Of a stretch of DNA of 64,000 nucleotides, positions 45,437-55,510 are shown piece after piece; position 1 is the first letter of the stretch, and every line of letters starts with the position of its first letter. Origin of the DNA: Janthinobacterium sp. (GTDB lineage: Bacteria > Pseudomonadota > Gammaproteobacteria > Burkholderiales > Chitinibacteraceae). The notes beneath the pieces are model-generated. The model searched no databases, was not told the origin of the DNA, and was given only the letters and a program-made list of their open reading frames with translations. The stretch lies in assembly GCA_025360045.1 (NCBI GenBank), contig JANYCY010000087.1, forward strand, positions 23,398 through 87,397. Direction: 5' to 3'. Both the position numbers and the translations under genes were made by a program.

Positions 45437-45889
45437 TTATTCTGGATGCTTTGAATCTAACATCAGCGTGATCGGGCCGTCATTAATCAGCGCTACTTGC
45501 ATGTCTGCGCCAAAGATTCCTGTGGGAATGGGCTTGTTACTCAGCTCAGCCAGCTTTGCCACAAAGGCATTAAACAGCGGCTGAGATATTTCCCCCTTGG
45601 CCGCTCTGCCCCAAGACGGGCGATTGCCTTTGTTGTAAGAGCCAAATAGCGTGAATTGCGAAACGGCCAGCATTTCACCTTGGCAATCAAGCACCGAGCG
45701 ATTCATCACCCCAGCTTCATCTTCAAAGATGCGCAAATTGCATATTTTTTTGGCGGTCCAGTTTAAATCGGCGTCAGTGTCGCTATTTTCAATGCCAACC
45801 AGCAGCAATAATCCGCCAGATATTTCCCCGCAGATTTTGCCATCTACAGCCACACTGGCCTGCTTTACTCTTTGAATCAGAACGCGCAT
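45437..45889 (-). CDS. dtd: D-aminoacyl-tRNA deacylase
   Basis: [42 protein letters not shown]; start 45889. Confidence 0.97.
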   Translation of the reverse strand: MRVLIQRVKQASVAVDGKICGEISGGLLLLVGIENSDTDADLNWTAKKICNLRIFEDEAGVMNRSVLDCQGEMLAVSQFTLFGSYNKGNRPSWGRAAKGEISQPLFNAFVAKLAELSNKPIPTGIFGADMQVALINDGPITLMLDSKHPE

Positions 45890-46084
45890 TTTTCTTCTCC
45901 CAAGCGGAGATCTTACCTTGCTTACAGGGTTTATTAAGCACAAATATTGCCCGCTGAAATAGGCTTTGGAAAAGAGGTACGTATGGCAGAACCCTAATTT
46001 ACATTTTCTGAAAAAAGGGGGGGCAGCTAGTCAATCCCTTGAATATTCAGTATTCTGGTTTATTTTATCGCTAGGGATAGAACC

Positions 46085-47188
46085 ATGAAAAAAGTAGGTC
46101 TGGTTGGCTGGCGCGGCATGGTGGGTTCTGTCCTCATGCAACGGATGCAGGAAGAAAAAGATTTTGACGTGATTGATCCCGTGTTTTTTACTACTTCGCA
46201 AGCTGGCCAAGCCGCTCCGAATTTTGGTAAAGACGCAGGCACACTGAAAAACGCCAACGATATCGCAGAGCTATCCGCGATGGACGTGATCATTTCTTGC
46301 CAGGGCGGTGATTACACCTCAGATATCTTCCCAAAACTGCGTGCTGCGGGCTGGGATGGTTACTGGATCGACGCGGCTTCTACCCTGCGCATGGAAGAAA
46401 ACGCGGTAATTGTGCTCGACCCCGTGAATGACGATCTGATTCGCGCATCGCTGGCAAAAGGCGTTAAAAACTATATCGGCGGCAACTGTACCAATTCCAT
46501 CATGCTGATGGGGATGAGCGGCTTGTTTAAAGCAGGTCTGGTGGATTGGGTTAGCTCCATGACTTACCAAGCGGCATCCGGCGGTGGTGCAAATCATATG
46601 CGCGAGCTAATTAAGGGCATGGGCGTGGTTTATGGCTCGGTGGCCGATGAACTAGCAACGCCTGCGTCAGCGATTTTAGAAATCGATCGTAAGGTTGCAG
46701 AAACCATTCGCAGCGATGTGCCTACAGAATTCTTTGGCGCGCCATTGGCTGGTGGCTTGATCCCTTGGATTGATGCGCAGCTTGATAACGGCCAGACTAA
46801 GGAAGAATGGAAAGGTCAAGCTGAGGTGAATAAAATCCTCGGTAATGAAGCGCCAATCCCCGTTGATGGCCTCTGTGTGCGTATCGGCGCAATGCGCTGC
46901 CACAGCCTTGCCTTAACGATTAAGCTAAATAAAGACTTACCATTGAGCGAAATTGAAGCGCTGATTCAATCTGGCAATCAGTGGGTGAAGTGGGTGCCTA
47001 ATGAGCGCGCGGTAACGGTTAAAGAGCTGACCCCTGCTTCTATCACCGGCAAAATGGACATCGGCGTAGGCCGTGTGCGTAAGCTCAATATGGGCCCGGA
47101 ATATATCAGCGCTTTTGTGATTGGCGATCAGCTGCTCTGGGGCGCTGCCGAGCCATTGCGCCGTATGTTGCGGATTTTGCTGGGCTAA
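46085..47188 (+). CDS. asd: Aspartate-semialdehyde dehydrogenase
   Basis: [57 protein letters not shown]. Confidence 0.98.
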   Translation: MKKVGLVGWRGMVGSVLMQRMQEEKDFDVIDPVFFTTSQAGQAAPNFGKDAGTLKNANDIAELSAMDVIISCQGGDYTSDIFPKLRAAGWDGYWIDAASTLRMEENAVIVLDPVNDDLIRASLAKGVKNYIGGNCTNSIMLMGMSGLFKAGLVDWVSSMTYQAASGGGANHMRELIKGMGVVYGSVADELATPASAILEIDRKVAETIRSDVPTEFFGAPLAGGLIPWIDAQLDNGQTKEEWKGQAEVNKILGNEAPIPVDGLCVRIGAMRCHSLALTIKLNKDLPLSEIEALIQSGNQWVKWVPNERAVTVKELTPASITGKMDIGVGRVRKLNMGPEYISAFVIGDQLLWGAAEPLRRMLRILLG

Positions 47189-47215
47189 AAGCTAGGGCAG
47201 TATTGCAAGCATGAC

Positions 47216-47274
47216 GTAGGGCGGGTGCAACCCGCGTGCCATATTGAGAAATACGCGGGTTTCACCCGCCCTAC
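47216..47274. repeat. GTAG-type REP doublet (class 1)
   Basis: GTAGGGCGGGTGCAACCCGCG...CGCGGGTTTCACCCGCCCTAC. Confidence 0.9.
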
Positions 47275-47431
47275 ATGAAGTACATCGTATTGTTTGCTGT
47301 CCATTCAAAGAAATAGAGCACATCTGTGCTCTATTTCTTTGCCTGTTACGGTGCATGATAAATAAATCTGTCTCTGTTACTGATTTGAAGCTTGCACGAT
47401 AATGATCGCTCATCTGCATCTGCGAGTTTCT

Positions 47432-48199
47432 ATGCTTACTGATTTAATTCTTTTGCTTCCGCTCGCGTTTACTGCCGGTTTAATCGACGCTGCCGTTGGT
47501 GGCGGTGGGCTGGTGATGATTCCGGGGTTGTTTGCGATTTTGCCGCGTGAAATTCCAGCTGCACTGTTTGGTACTAATAAATTAGCTTCGATGATGGGTA
47601 CGGCGTCTGCTGCTGTGCGTTATGCACGGCGGGTTAAATTGCCGTGGAATATCTTATTACCCACGGCCGGATCGGCTTTTGTTGGCTCTTATCTGGGCGC
47701 ACGGTCTTTGCATTTGCTGCCATTGGAATGGGTCCGACCGTTGGTGATTGGCCTGCTGGCCATTATGCTGGTCTACACATGGCTAAAACCCTCTTTTGGC
47801 TATGAAGATGCAGAGCGGGAGCTGACCGGCCGTGATCTCTATATCGGCCTATTGATTGGGCTGGTGATTGGTTTTTATGATGGTTTCTTTGGCCCCGGCA
47901 CCGGTTCATTTTTGATTTTTCTATTTGTGCGCTTATTTCACTTCGATTTTCTGCGCGCTTCGGCATCGGCCAAAGTGGTAAACCTAGCCACCAATCTGGC
48001 CGCGCTGGCCTTCTTTATTCCCGCTCAGATGCTGATCTGGGGTTACGCCATCCCGATGGGACTTGCCAATATCGCCGGAGCGCAAGTTGGTAGCAAAATG
48101 GCCTTAAAAGGCGGGAACGTCTGGGTACGTCGTTTATTTTTGATTTTGTCGGTTACGCTGATTTCTAAGCTGGTATGGGATACGGTTAAAGCGATGTGA
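47432..48199 (+). CDS. TSUP/TauE-SafE family membrane protein (YfcA-like)
   Basis: AGLIDAAVGGGGL, GTNK, IGFYDGFFGPGTGSF, AKVVNLATN. Confidence 0.92.
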   Translation: MLTDLILLLPLAFTAGLIDAAVGGGGLVMIPGLFAILPREIPAALFGTNKLASMMGTASAAVRYARRVKLPWNILLPTAGSAFVGSYLGARSLHLLPLEWVRPLVIGLLAIMLVYTWLKPSFGYEDAERELTGRDLYIGLLIGLVIGFYDGFFGPGTGSFLIFLFVRLFHFDFLRASASAKVVNLATNLAALAFFIPAQMLIWGYAIPMGLANIAGAQVGSKMALKGGNVWVRRLFLILSVTLISKLVWDTVKAM

Positions 48200-48232
48200 T
48201 TGCTGGCTTCGCATGACGCAGTGTTAAGTCTT

Positions 48233-48332
48233 AAAGCACAGAGAACACAGAGGGCACAGAGTTTCACAAGGAGGCGGTGGTTTTCTCTGTGACCTCTGTG
48301 TCCTCGTTTTACTCTGTGGTTCAAGGTTTAGC
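48233..48332. repeat. CACAGAG-family hairpin repeat
   Basis: CACAGAGAA-CACAGAGGG-CACAGAGTT ... CTCTGTG arms; near reverse complement of 57359-57478. Confidence 0.85.
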
Positions 48333-48373
48333 TCAATATACCACTCTGAAATGCTTACTAATTGAGGCTAAGG

Positions 48374-48832
48374 ATGAATTATTGGTTGATGAAATCAGAG
48401 CCGGATGATGTGTCGATTGATGATCTGGCGGCTCGCCCAGATCAGACGGTGGGCTGGTACGGTGTGCGTAATTATCAGGCGCGTAATTTTATGCGTGATG
48501 AGATGCAGCTTGGTGACCAAGTGTTTTTTTATCATTCCAGCTGCAAAGAGCCGGGGATTGCTGGCCTTGCGAGCGTCTGCCATCTAGCCTATCCAGACCC
48601 AACTCAGTTTGATACGGCTTCCGAGTATTTTGACGTTAAATCGACGACCGACAAGCCCCGTTGGCTGCAAGTTGATGTGCATTTCGTGCAAAAAACGCGT
48701 TTGTTGAGTTTAAGCGAGCTGCGAAGCTTTCCTGAGCTGGCCCAGATGGTGTTATTGCAAAAAGGCTCGCGCCTATCGATCACCCCAGTTTCTGCTGCCG
48801 ATGCGGCCTTTATTCTGGCCAAGCTATGCTGA
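48374..48832 (+). CDS. EVE domain-containing protein
   Basis: MNYWLMKSEP, W.GVRNYQARNFMRD.M..GD..FFYHS, RLSITPV. Confidence 0.96.
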   Translation: MNYWLMKSEPDDVSIDDLAARPDQTVGWYGVRNYQARNFMRDEMQLGDQVFFYHSSCKEPGIAGLASVCHLAYPDPTQFDTASEYFDVKSTTDKPRWLQVDVHFVQKTRLLSLSELRSFPELAQMVLLQKGSRLSITPVSAADAAFILAKLC

Positions 48833-49623
48833 CCGCGATTCTGGCTTTTTTAAGTGTTGGCTTGATTGCCGGGTTCTTAGCCGGTCTCTTGGGTGTGGGT
48901 GGGGGGCTGGTGATTGTGCCTGCGCTCTTATATGTGTTTGCCCTGCTTGGCTTACCGCCAGAGCATCATCAGCATCTGGCCCTAGGCACGTCGATGGCGA
49001 CGATTGTGTTTACGGGCATCGCTAGCTTTAAAGCCCACCATGCCCGTGGTGCTGTGCGTTGGCCGGTGGTAAAGGCGATTACGCCGGGGATTTTGCTGGG
49101 CACTTTTGCTGGCGCGCAGCTGGCGGCTTTTGTGCCTGCATTAGGTTTGCAGTGGTTTTTTGTGGTGTTTGCTTATTTGGTTGCCGCACAAATGCTCTTG
49201 GATTTTAAACCTAAGCCATCTAGGGCCTTGCCTGCAAAAGGCGGCATGACGGCAGTGGGGACTTCCATTGGCTTGGTTTCGAGCTGGGTAGGCATAGGCG
49301 GTGGCTCTTTATCAGTGCCGTTTATGACGCTATGCAATGTGCCGGTGAAAGAGGCGATAGGGACATCGGCTGCGATTGGTTTTCCAATCGCCTTGGCTGG
49401 GGCGCTAGGCTATGTGGTGAGCGGCTGGTCGGCGAGTTTGCCACAGGGGGCTTTAGGCTTTGTCTATCTGCCTGCGCTGGCGGGCATTGTGCTGGCAAGC
49501 TTCCCTATGGCCAAAGTCGGAGCCGCCGCCGCGCACCGCCTGCCTGTACCCGTGCTGAAAAAATGCTTTGCAGCGCTGTTGATTGTGCTGGCGAGCAAGA
49601 TGTTGTGGAGTTTGTTGAAGTAG
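48826..49623 (+). CDS. TSUP/TauE-SafE family membrane protein
   Basis: AGLLGVGGGLVIVP, GTSMA, S.VGIGGG...VP, AIGTSAAIG; overlaps the EVE stop. Confidence 0.92.
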   Translation: MLTAILAFLSVGLIAGFLAGLLGVGGGLVIVPALLYVFALLGLPPEHHQHLALGTSMATIVFTGIASFKAHHARGAVRWPVVKAITPGILLGTFAGAQLAAFVPALGLQWFFVVFAYLVAAQMLLDFKPKPSRALPAKGGMTAVGTSIGLVSSWVGIGGGSLSVPFMTLCNVPVKEAIGTSAAIGFPIALAGALGYVVSGWSASLPQGALGFVYLPALAGIVLASFPMAKVGAAAAHRLPVPVLKKCFAALLIVLASKMLWSLLK

Positions 49624-49638
49624 CTGATAAGCAATAAA

Positions 49639-49920
49639 ACCCAAACCTTGAACCACAGAGGGCACAGAGAACACGGAGTTCCACAGAGAAAAGCAGGACT
49701 TAAGCTATTTACAGTGAGCCTTAGGCTAAATGAGTCTTGATGCCTACAGGTCTGTACGCGGTTATTTCCATGTTTTGTTGCTTTGAAGGTAATTAGGCAG
49801 GGCTCTAAATCTTGAACTGCAGAGTAAAACGAGAACACAAAGTCCATGACTAGCCAATTATTAGGTTTTCTCTGTGAAACTCTGTGCCCTCTGTGTTCTC
49901 TGTGGTTCAAGATTTGGGTT
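49639..49920. repeat. CACAGAG-family repeats: left-arm copy (49639-49692) and full hairpin (49807-49920)
   Basis: AAACCTTGAACCACAGAGGGCACAGAGAACACGGAG ... CTCTGTGCCCTCTGTGTTCTCTGTGGTTCAAGATTT; outer arms are near-perfect inverted repeats. Confidence 0.85.
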
Positions 49921-49931
49921 TTTACTCCACC

Positions 49932-50549
49932 CTACACCACATAAAACAAGATGCTGATAAATTGGCACAGGCTGCCGCCCAGCACGAACAGATGCCATAT
50001 CCCGTGGCCGTGGGGGATGCGGGTGTCGAGTACGTAAAATACAATTCCTAGCGTATAGACCACGCCACCTGCGGCTAGCCAAGTCATTCCTGCCGCAGGA
50101 AGAGCTGCCATTAATGGCTTGATGGCAAAGATAATTAGCCAGCCCATCACCACATAAATCCCTAAGGACAAGATGCGGGTGCGTTTGCCTAGAATGTTTT
50201 CCTGCACAATGCCAAAGATCGCTAAACCCCAATTCACGCCAAATAGCGTCCAGCCAAGTGGCCCGCGCAGGGTAACAAGGGCAAAGGGCGTGTAGCTGCC
50301 TGCAATCAGCAGGTAAATAGCGCAGTGATCTAAGCGCTGAAAAACCGCCTTGGCTTTACCGCTAAGCGAGTGGTAAAGGGTGGAAATCACATACAGAAGC
50401 ACCAGCGTGCTGCCATAGACGGCTACGCTGACGATTTTCCACGGGTCGCCCGTCATGCCTGCAAAGGTGAGTAGCACGATCAGCCCGCTGATCGCGAATG
50501 CCGCTCCGATCAGATGGCTCCAGCTATTTAACCGCTCTCCATGGTACAT
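49932..50549 (-). CDS. Hemolysin III/PAQR family membrane protein
   Basis: GERLNSWSH, STLYH, RLDHCAIYLLIAGSYTP, YVVMGW, HGIWHLFVLGGS. Confidence 0.95.
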   Translation of the reverse strand: MYHGERLNSWSHLIGAAFAISGLIVLLTFAGMTGDPWKIVSVAVYGSTLVLLYVISTLYHSLSGKAKAVFQRLDHCAIYLLIAGSYTPFALVTLRGPLGWTLFGVNWGLAIFGIVQENILGKRTRILSLGIYVVMGWLIIFAIKPLMAALPAAGMTWLAAGGVVYTLGIVFYVLDTRIPHGHGIWHLFVLGGSLCQFISILFYVV

Positions 50550-50800
50550 AGTCGTCCTTTATGTGCATTTACTTGCCGAGGATAACGGCAATGAGGGCAG
50601 AGTGCATGGTACAAATGCCAAGTGAATGAGTTCGGTTTTTATTACAAAGAAATATAGCAAGATGACTTTACCGGTGGGTTTTGTCTGTAAATAGTATGCT
50701 TCATTATGATTTTATTACGTTAATCTGTTGATTTTATGCTAGATTTGCCGCCCTTTTGAATCATGTGTGCACACGCTTATTTATGTCGATGTCGTCATTT

Positions 50801-52468
50801 ATGAACCCTGTTTTCCTTAAAAAAACGGCCAAGCAGTTGGCCTTTATTATTGGCCCCATTCTGCTATTGCTGGCTGGTCGATATTTTGTGGATCAGAACT
50901 GGAGCGTTCAGCGCCTCCTGTTTTCTGGCCTACTATTTGCGTTTTTAGCGCTGGCACTGAATCGCTGGGCAGCGGTAGCGGCGGCTCTTGGTATAGAAGG
51001 TTTGCTCTGCCAAGCCAGCTGGTTAAAAGAAGGGCAAACAGGTGAGCCGCTTTTGGCGCGTGATTTATTCGAAGTCTCGCAAGGGGCATCTCTAGCTAGT
51101 TATTTAAATTGGGAAATGATTGCTTTTACGCTGCTGGTAGTCTGTGCCATTGGCCTAGGTCTTTGGAAACGGCCGCGTTTTGCATGGTGGCGGTTGGCTT
51201 TGGCGCTGCTGTTACCTAGCCTGTTACTGATTCGTATTTTTGACGAAGGTGCTTTGCAAAAAACCACCGCTAGCGTTTTGGCTGACTACTTTAATGCCGG
51301 CTATCTGTCGTATAACTTTATTCAAAATACTCGCCAGAATGGGCTTTTAGTCCATCTTTACCAAACTGCTGAGAGCGTAAAGCTACCTGCCGCTGGGCCG
51401 CATTCTTTTTACAAAATGGGTTCGCTTAAAACCCAAGAGGCCATCGAGCCCGATGTGGCGCTAATTTTATGTGAGGCGTGTTTTACTAGCCTAAATGATG
51501 AGCGCTTTGTGACGCCGATTGCTCGTTTGAAGGAAAAGGGCTTTAGCGCCAGCATGATGCTCAGCCCCGTTTATGGTGGTGGCACGGCCGAGGCTGAGTT
51601 TGAAATGTTGACTGGTTTATCTTCGGTTGTGTTGCCGGGGATTAATTATCAGAATTACGCTAGCAGCTATCGTGAGGATGCCGCTACGCTGGTTTCTCGC
51701 TACAAAGATGCGGGCTACCGAACGATTGGTATGCATAATTTTCACGGTAATTTCTGGAAGCGGGCTGAGGTTTACCCCCGCTTTGGCTTTAGTTCTACCC
51801 GTTTTGTAGAAGAAATGTTGTGGAAAACTAGAACTTGGCCGGACGATGGTCTTTTATACGATGCGGCGCTGAAAGCCTACGCAGCAGGCCCAGCCAAAGG
51901 TAAAACGATGCTGTCTTTGGTCACGGTGATGACACACGGTAATTATGTCGATAGAGATTATGACGGCGGCGTGGGCGATTACAATCAGCGTTTGGATGCC
52001 GCAGTAAAGCATTTAGAGAAATTTGTAAAACAGCTAGAAGTGCAAGCCAAAAAACGTAAACGTCCGCTAGTGATTGCCTTAATTGGCGATCATAAGCCCT
52101 CTTTAACGGCGGCCTTTTATCGCAAAGGCGTGTTTGATGATCGCTTCTTTCGTAGTAAAGGCGATCGTAATGATAAGTTCCGCTTTGCCTACAAGCTAAC
52201 GCAGCAGCAATGGCGCAAGCGTGCGGAAGTACCCTTGTTTATTAAGGCCAGCACGCCTGAACTAGCCGCCAGTATGGCGAGCAATTTGGCCGATAAGCCG
52301 ATGTTTTGCCTGCCAGGAGAGTTAGCGCAGCTGCTACCTAAGCAAGATCCATTCTGGGGTGCGTTGTCTGTTCTTTGTGCTAGAGAGCCAGATCAACTCT
52401 TGCCAGCGCAGCAAGTAGAGTGGCATAAGGTGTTTGAGCCTGCATTATTTGCCGAGCGCTTGTTTTAA
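50801..52468 (+). CDS. LTA synthase-like membrane sulfatase/phosphotransferase family protein
   Basis: N-terminal TMs; ILCEA, GGGTAEAEFEMLTG (catalytic Thr), HNFHGNFWKR..YP..GF, TH, GDH; start uncertain (50756-50801). Confidence 0.85.
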   Translation: MNPVFLKKTAKQLAFIIGPILLLLAGRYFVDQNWSVQRLLFSGLLFAFLALALNRWAAVAAALGIEGLLCQASWLKEGQTGEPLLARDLFEVSQGASLASYLNWEMIAFTLLVVCAIGLGLWKRPRFAWWRLALALLLPSLLLIRIFDEGALQKTTASVLADYFNAGYLSYNFIQNTRQNGLLVHLYQTAESVKLPAAGPHSFYKMGSLKTQEAIEPDVALILCEACFTSLNDERFVTPIARLKEKGFSASMMLSPVYGGGTAEAEFEMLTGLSSVVLPGINYQNYASSYREDAATLVSRYKDAGYRTIGMHNFHGNFWKRAEVYPRFGFSSTRFVEEMLWKTRTWPDDGLLYDAALKAYAAGPAKGKTMLSLVTVMTHGNYVDRDYDGGVGDYNQRLDAAVKHLEKFVKQLEVQAKKRKRPLVIALIGDHKPSLTAAFYRKGVFDDRFFRSKGDRNDKFRFAYKLTQQQWRKRAEVPLFIKASTPELAASMASNLADKPMFCLPGELAQLLPKQDPFWGALSVLCAREPDQLLPAQQVEWHKVFEPALFAERLF

Positions 52469-53739
52469 GCCTCTTCACTTGCGGCCTCTACACTCAGTAG
52501 CGCCTCGTAATACATGGTGAAATAGTGATTGGCGTTGATCCCGCATTCCACTAATAGCTTGCCATCTGGGCATTGGGAGGACTCGCTAGCAATGGCGAGA
52601 TTTAAAAAAGGGGCGTAGGGGCCGCTGCCATGTAAGAGGGCGGAGCAGACGGCCTCTGGCAGCTTCAGCAGGCCCACAATTTGCGCTAAAGGACGGTGGA
52701 TGAGCTGCTCAAGTACAGAAAACAGCCCCAGCAGATAAAGATGGTCTCTTTCCTGTGGCCAGCGTTGGCTACCTAGGCGCTCAGTGAGCTCGGCGCGTAA
52801 TAAAGCATATTCCAGCAGAGCAGGGTTAGGCTTTTCTTGGCCGGGCAAGGAAAACAGCAGCAAAGATAACCAGCGATACAAACGTTCCCGTCCTAAGGCC
52901 ACCAAGGCTTGATCTAGCGTGTCAATTTTTTTATTGCGGGCTTCGGCAGCGGAATTGGCTTGTGCCAGCACCCTAAAAGAGAGCAGCGGATCGGTTTTGA
53001 GCGAGAGCGCAATATCGCTATTACTGGCATCTTGCCGCAGCAAATTGAGTAAATCCATAATTCTTAAAAATCCCGCCTCGATCGGCCCCTCCTGCCAAGT
53101 GCTTTGATGAAATAACCTGCCTGCGGCATAGGCAATATCCAATTGCTGGCACAGCTGAAATTCATCGTGCCAAGCCAGATCCAGCATTAGCATCGGTTTA
53201 CTTGGGCCTTGCGCCCGGATGCGCCGCGCCAGTCTTTCAATATCGGGAGCGAGCTTGCCGTTTACTGAAAAACCCAGCCACTGTGCTTGGGCAATGATCT
53301 CGGACGACCACGTTGCGGGTAGTTGCAGGGCGAGGCGAAGGCCTGCTTTTTGCAGTTTTTGTAATGCCGCTAAACCGCGCTCAGGCAGGGCGGTATTGGT
53401 ATTGAGTAGCAGCATACTATTTTGTGCCGCTAATTGAGTCAGCTCAGACTGAAGCAAGCTGCCTGCTGAAATTTCTAAAAGGCGTAGGCGTTTTTTTCCC
53501 ATTGTTGTGCCTAAGCGCACGGCATGGCGAATTAACTCGCCTTCTTCAAGCAAAATCTGCGCAAGGCTTTCTTTATTTTGTGCTCTTCTGCGCAGTAGGC
53601 TACCCACGATTTTGCCACTGCTATCAATAATATTGACGTGTTGCAGCTGCAAAGTGATCGCAGGCCCCTGCTGAAAAGGCTGTGCCTTAGGGGGAGGTGG
53701 TGCTGGTTTGGCAAAAAGCTGTTGTAAGAATTTAAGCAT
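52465..53739 (-). CDS. Degenerate EAL + HDOD domain protein
   Basis: HDOD pattern LKTDPLLSFRVL..ANSA...IDTLDQALV.LG...L.RW and GLFS.L; N-terminal EAL-like region lacks the EAL Glu. Confidence 0.8.
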   Translation of the reverse strand: MLKFLQQLFAKPAPPPPKAQPFQQGPAITLQLQHVNIIDSSGKIVGSLLRRRAQNKESLAQILLEEGELIRHAVRLGTTMGKKRLRLLEISAGSLLQSELTQLAAQNSMLLLNTNTALPERGLAALQKLQKAGLRLALQLPATWSSEIIAQAQWLGFSVNGKLAPDIERLARRIRAQGPSKPMLMLDLAWHDEFQLCQQLDIAYAAGRLFHQSTWQEGPIEAGFLRIMDLLNLLRQDASNSDIALSLKTDPLLSFRVLAQANSAAEARNKKIDTLDQALVALGRERLYRWLSLLLFSLPGQEKPNPALLEYALLRAELTERLGSQRWPQERDHLYLLGLFSVLEQLIHRPLAQIVGLLKLPEAVCSALLHGSGPYAPFLNLAIASESSQCPDGKLLVECGINANHYFTMYYEALLSVEAASEEA

Positions 53740-53856
53740 GGAGGCTGAACACAGGGCAAGTGAGTGCTTAAGCCTAGCAGAAGACGTGAGGATTGTTGGA
53801 GGGGGCTTGTTGGGAGGGGGAAGGGCATCAAGGCAATGTTACATAGTGCGAATTAT

Positions 53857-54260
53857 GTAGGGCGGGTGAAACCCGCGTATTTTTAAACTTTGCTCGTGGG
53901 TTGCACACTATCCGCGCAACCAAATACAAAAAGACCTTTTTAGTGCCTTCGGCACGTTGATTTAGGTGCGGCATCCCCGCGGGGACTCACTTTCTTGAAC
54001 GGCCAGAAATCATAGTACGCAAAGAAGGCCGCCCCACGAAACACGAAGGCCCCTGCGCTGCGGACAATCGAGTCGGCGGCGGGCGGGATCGGCTCGCTGC
54101 CTCGCTCCCTGGCCGAAACCCCGCCCCGCTTGTTCCTCGCTCCGGCGTGTTTCAAGGGGACTTTTAAGCCCCATGCAAAGAGCGTGGTTATTAATGCTTT
54201 TTCGCTGTTTGCTAATGAAAAAAAATTTGGTTAGCGCGTATAGGGTTGCACCCGCTCTAA
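53857..54260. mobile_element. Composite element, copy 2: class-1 REPIN interrupted by a 334-bp MITE-like insertion (53909-54242)
   Basis: Terminal inverted repeats TATCCGCGCAACCAAAT / ATTTGGTTAGCGCGTATA; flanking direct repeats GGGTTGCACAC / GGGTTGCACCC; core homologous to 24751-25043. Confidence 0.8.
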
Positions 54261-54322
54261 GATGAATGCAATGCTTGCAAGTGAGTCGTCGCCCCATGAC
54301 AAACATCGCTTTCCACATATGC

Positions 54323-54358
54323 AAAAAGCGGCTGCTTCTGTGTAAAGAAGCAGCCGCC
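54323..54358 (-). terminator. Intrinsic terminator after purC
   Basis: AAAAAGCGGCTGCTTC-loop-GAAGCAGCCGC. Confidence 0.75.
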
Positions 54359-54374
54359 TTAATTGAATCTTGGC

Positions 54375-55253
54375 TTACTTAGTTAGCTTATCCAGCGCTT
54401 CGCGATATTTAGCGGCGGTTTTTTGCGCTACTTCTAAAGGCAGGGCAGGCGCTGGCGGGGTTTTATCCCAGCCGGTGGTTTCTAGCCAATCACGGACAAA
54501 TTGCTTGTCGTAGCTTGGTGGATTGCTGCCCGGCACGTATTGATCGGCAGGCCAGAAGCGGCTGGAATCCGGTGTGAGTGCTTCATCCATCAGGCACAGC
54601 GTGCCGTCTACATCCAGACCAAATTCAAACTTGGTATCTGCAATGATAATGCCGCGAGTCGCCGCATAAACGCTGGCGGCTTTGTAGAGCGCAATCGCGG
54701 TATCGCGTACCTTGGCGGCAAGCTCTACACCAATGACTTCTTCGCAGCGCGCGTAGCTGATGTTTTCATCATGGTCACCCAATTCTGCCTTGGTTGACGG
54801 GGTAAAAATAGGCTCTGGTAATTGATCTGCTTCGCGCAAACCTGCAGGCAAAGCCATGCCGCAGATGGTGCCGTTTTGTTGATACTCTTTCCAACCCGAG
54901 CCTGCGATATAGCCGCGCACAATCGCTTCTACGGCGACGGGTTTCAGGCGTTTTACCACCACGGCGCGCCCCTCTACTTGCGGCAGGTCCGCTGCGCTCA
55001 CCACATCTTCAGCACGCTCGCCAGTGAAATGGCTAGGCACCACGTCTTTTAGTTTTTCAAACCAAAAGTTGGAAATAGCGGTCAGGATTTTGCCTTTTTC
55101 AGGAATCGGCTCGGCCAAAATTACGTCAAACGCGGAAAGGCGGTCGGTTGCGATCATCAGCATGCGCGCATCATCAATCGCGTAAAGATCGCGTACTTTG
55201 CCTGAGTAAATTTTAGTCAGGCTGGTCAAATTGGTCGTGGTAAGGCCGGTCAT
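54375..55253 (-). CDS. purC: SAICAR synthase
   Basis: [57 protein letters not shown]. Confidence 0.98.
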   Translation of the reverse strand: MTGLTTTNLTSLTKIYSGKVRDLYAIDDARMLMIATDRLSAFDVILAEPIPEKGKILTAISNFWFEKLKDVVPSHFTGERAEDVVSAADLPQVEGRAVVVKRLKPVAVEAIVRGYIAGSGWKEYQQNGTICGMALPAGLREADQLPEPIFTPSTKAELGDHDENISYARCEEVIGVELAAKVRDTAIALYKAASVYAATRGIIIADTKFEFGLDVDGTLCLMDEALTPDSSRFWPADQYVPGSNPPSYDKQFVRDWLETTGWDKTPPAPALPLEVAQKTAAKYREALDKLTK

Positions 55254-55379
55254 CGCAATTCCTTAAGGCATCAGAGTGGAGCAACAGGCCGCTATTTTGC
55301 CCGATTATTGGCCGCTTTTGCATAAAAGCTGGCAAGTTCTTAGCCAAAAGGTGCCGACCCTACACAATTTAAAAGCGAA

Positions 55380-55501
55380 GTTCTGTGGACACAGAGCTAA
55401 ATGAGAACACAGAGAACACAGAGAAAAACTAAACACCTTAATTTCTTAAGGTTTTCTTTGTGTGCTGCTTTTTAACTCTGTGTTCTCTGTGTCTACAGAA
55501 C
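55380..55501. repeat. CACAGAG-family hairpin repeat
   Basis: GTTCTGTGGACACAGAG ... CTCTGTGTCTACAGAAC terminal inverted repeat; tandem GAACACAGA units. Confidence 0.85.
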
Positions 55502-55510
55502 TTGGGGGTT

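Noticed and set aside
49693-49806. GxxExxY pseudogene between CACAGAG arms
   Set aside because: The plus-strand frames I translated show stops and no GxxExxY motif
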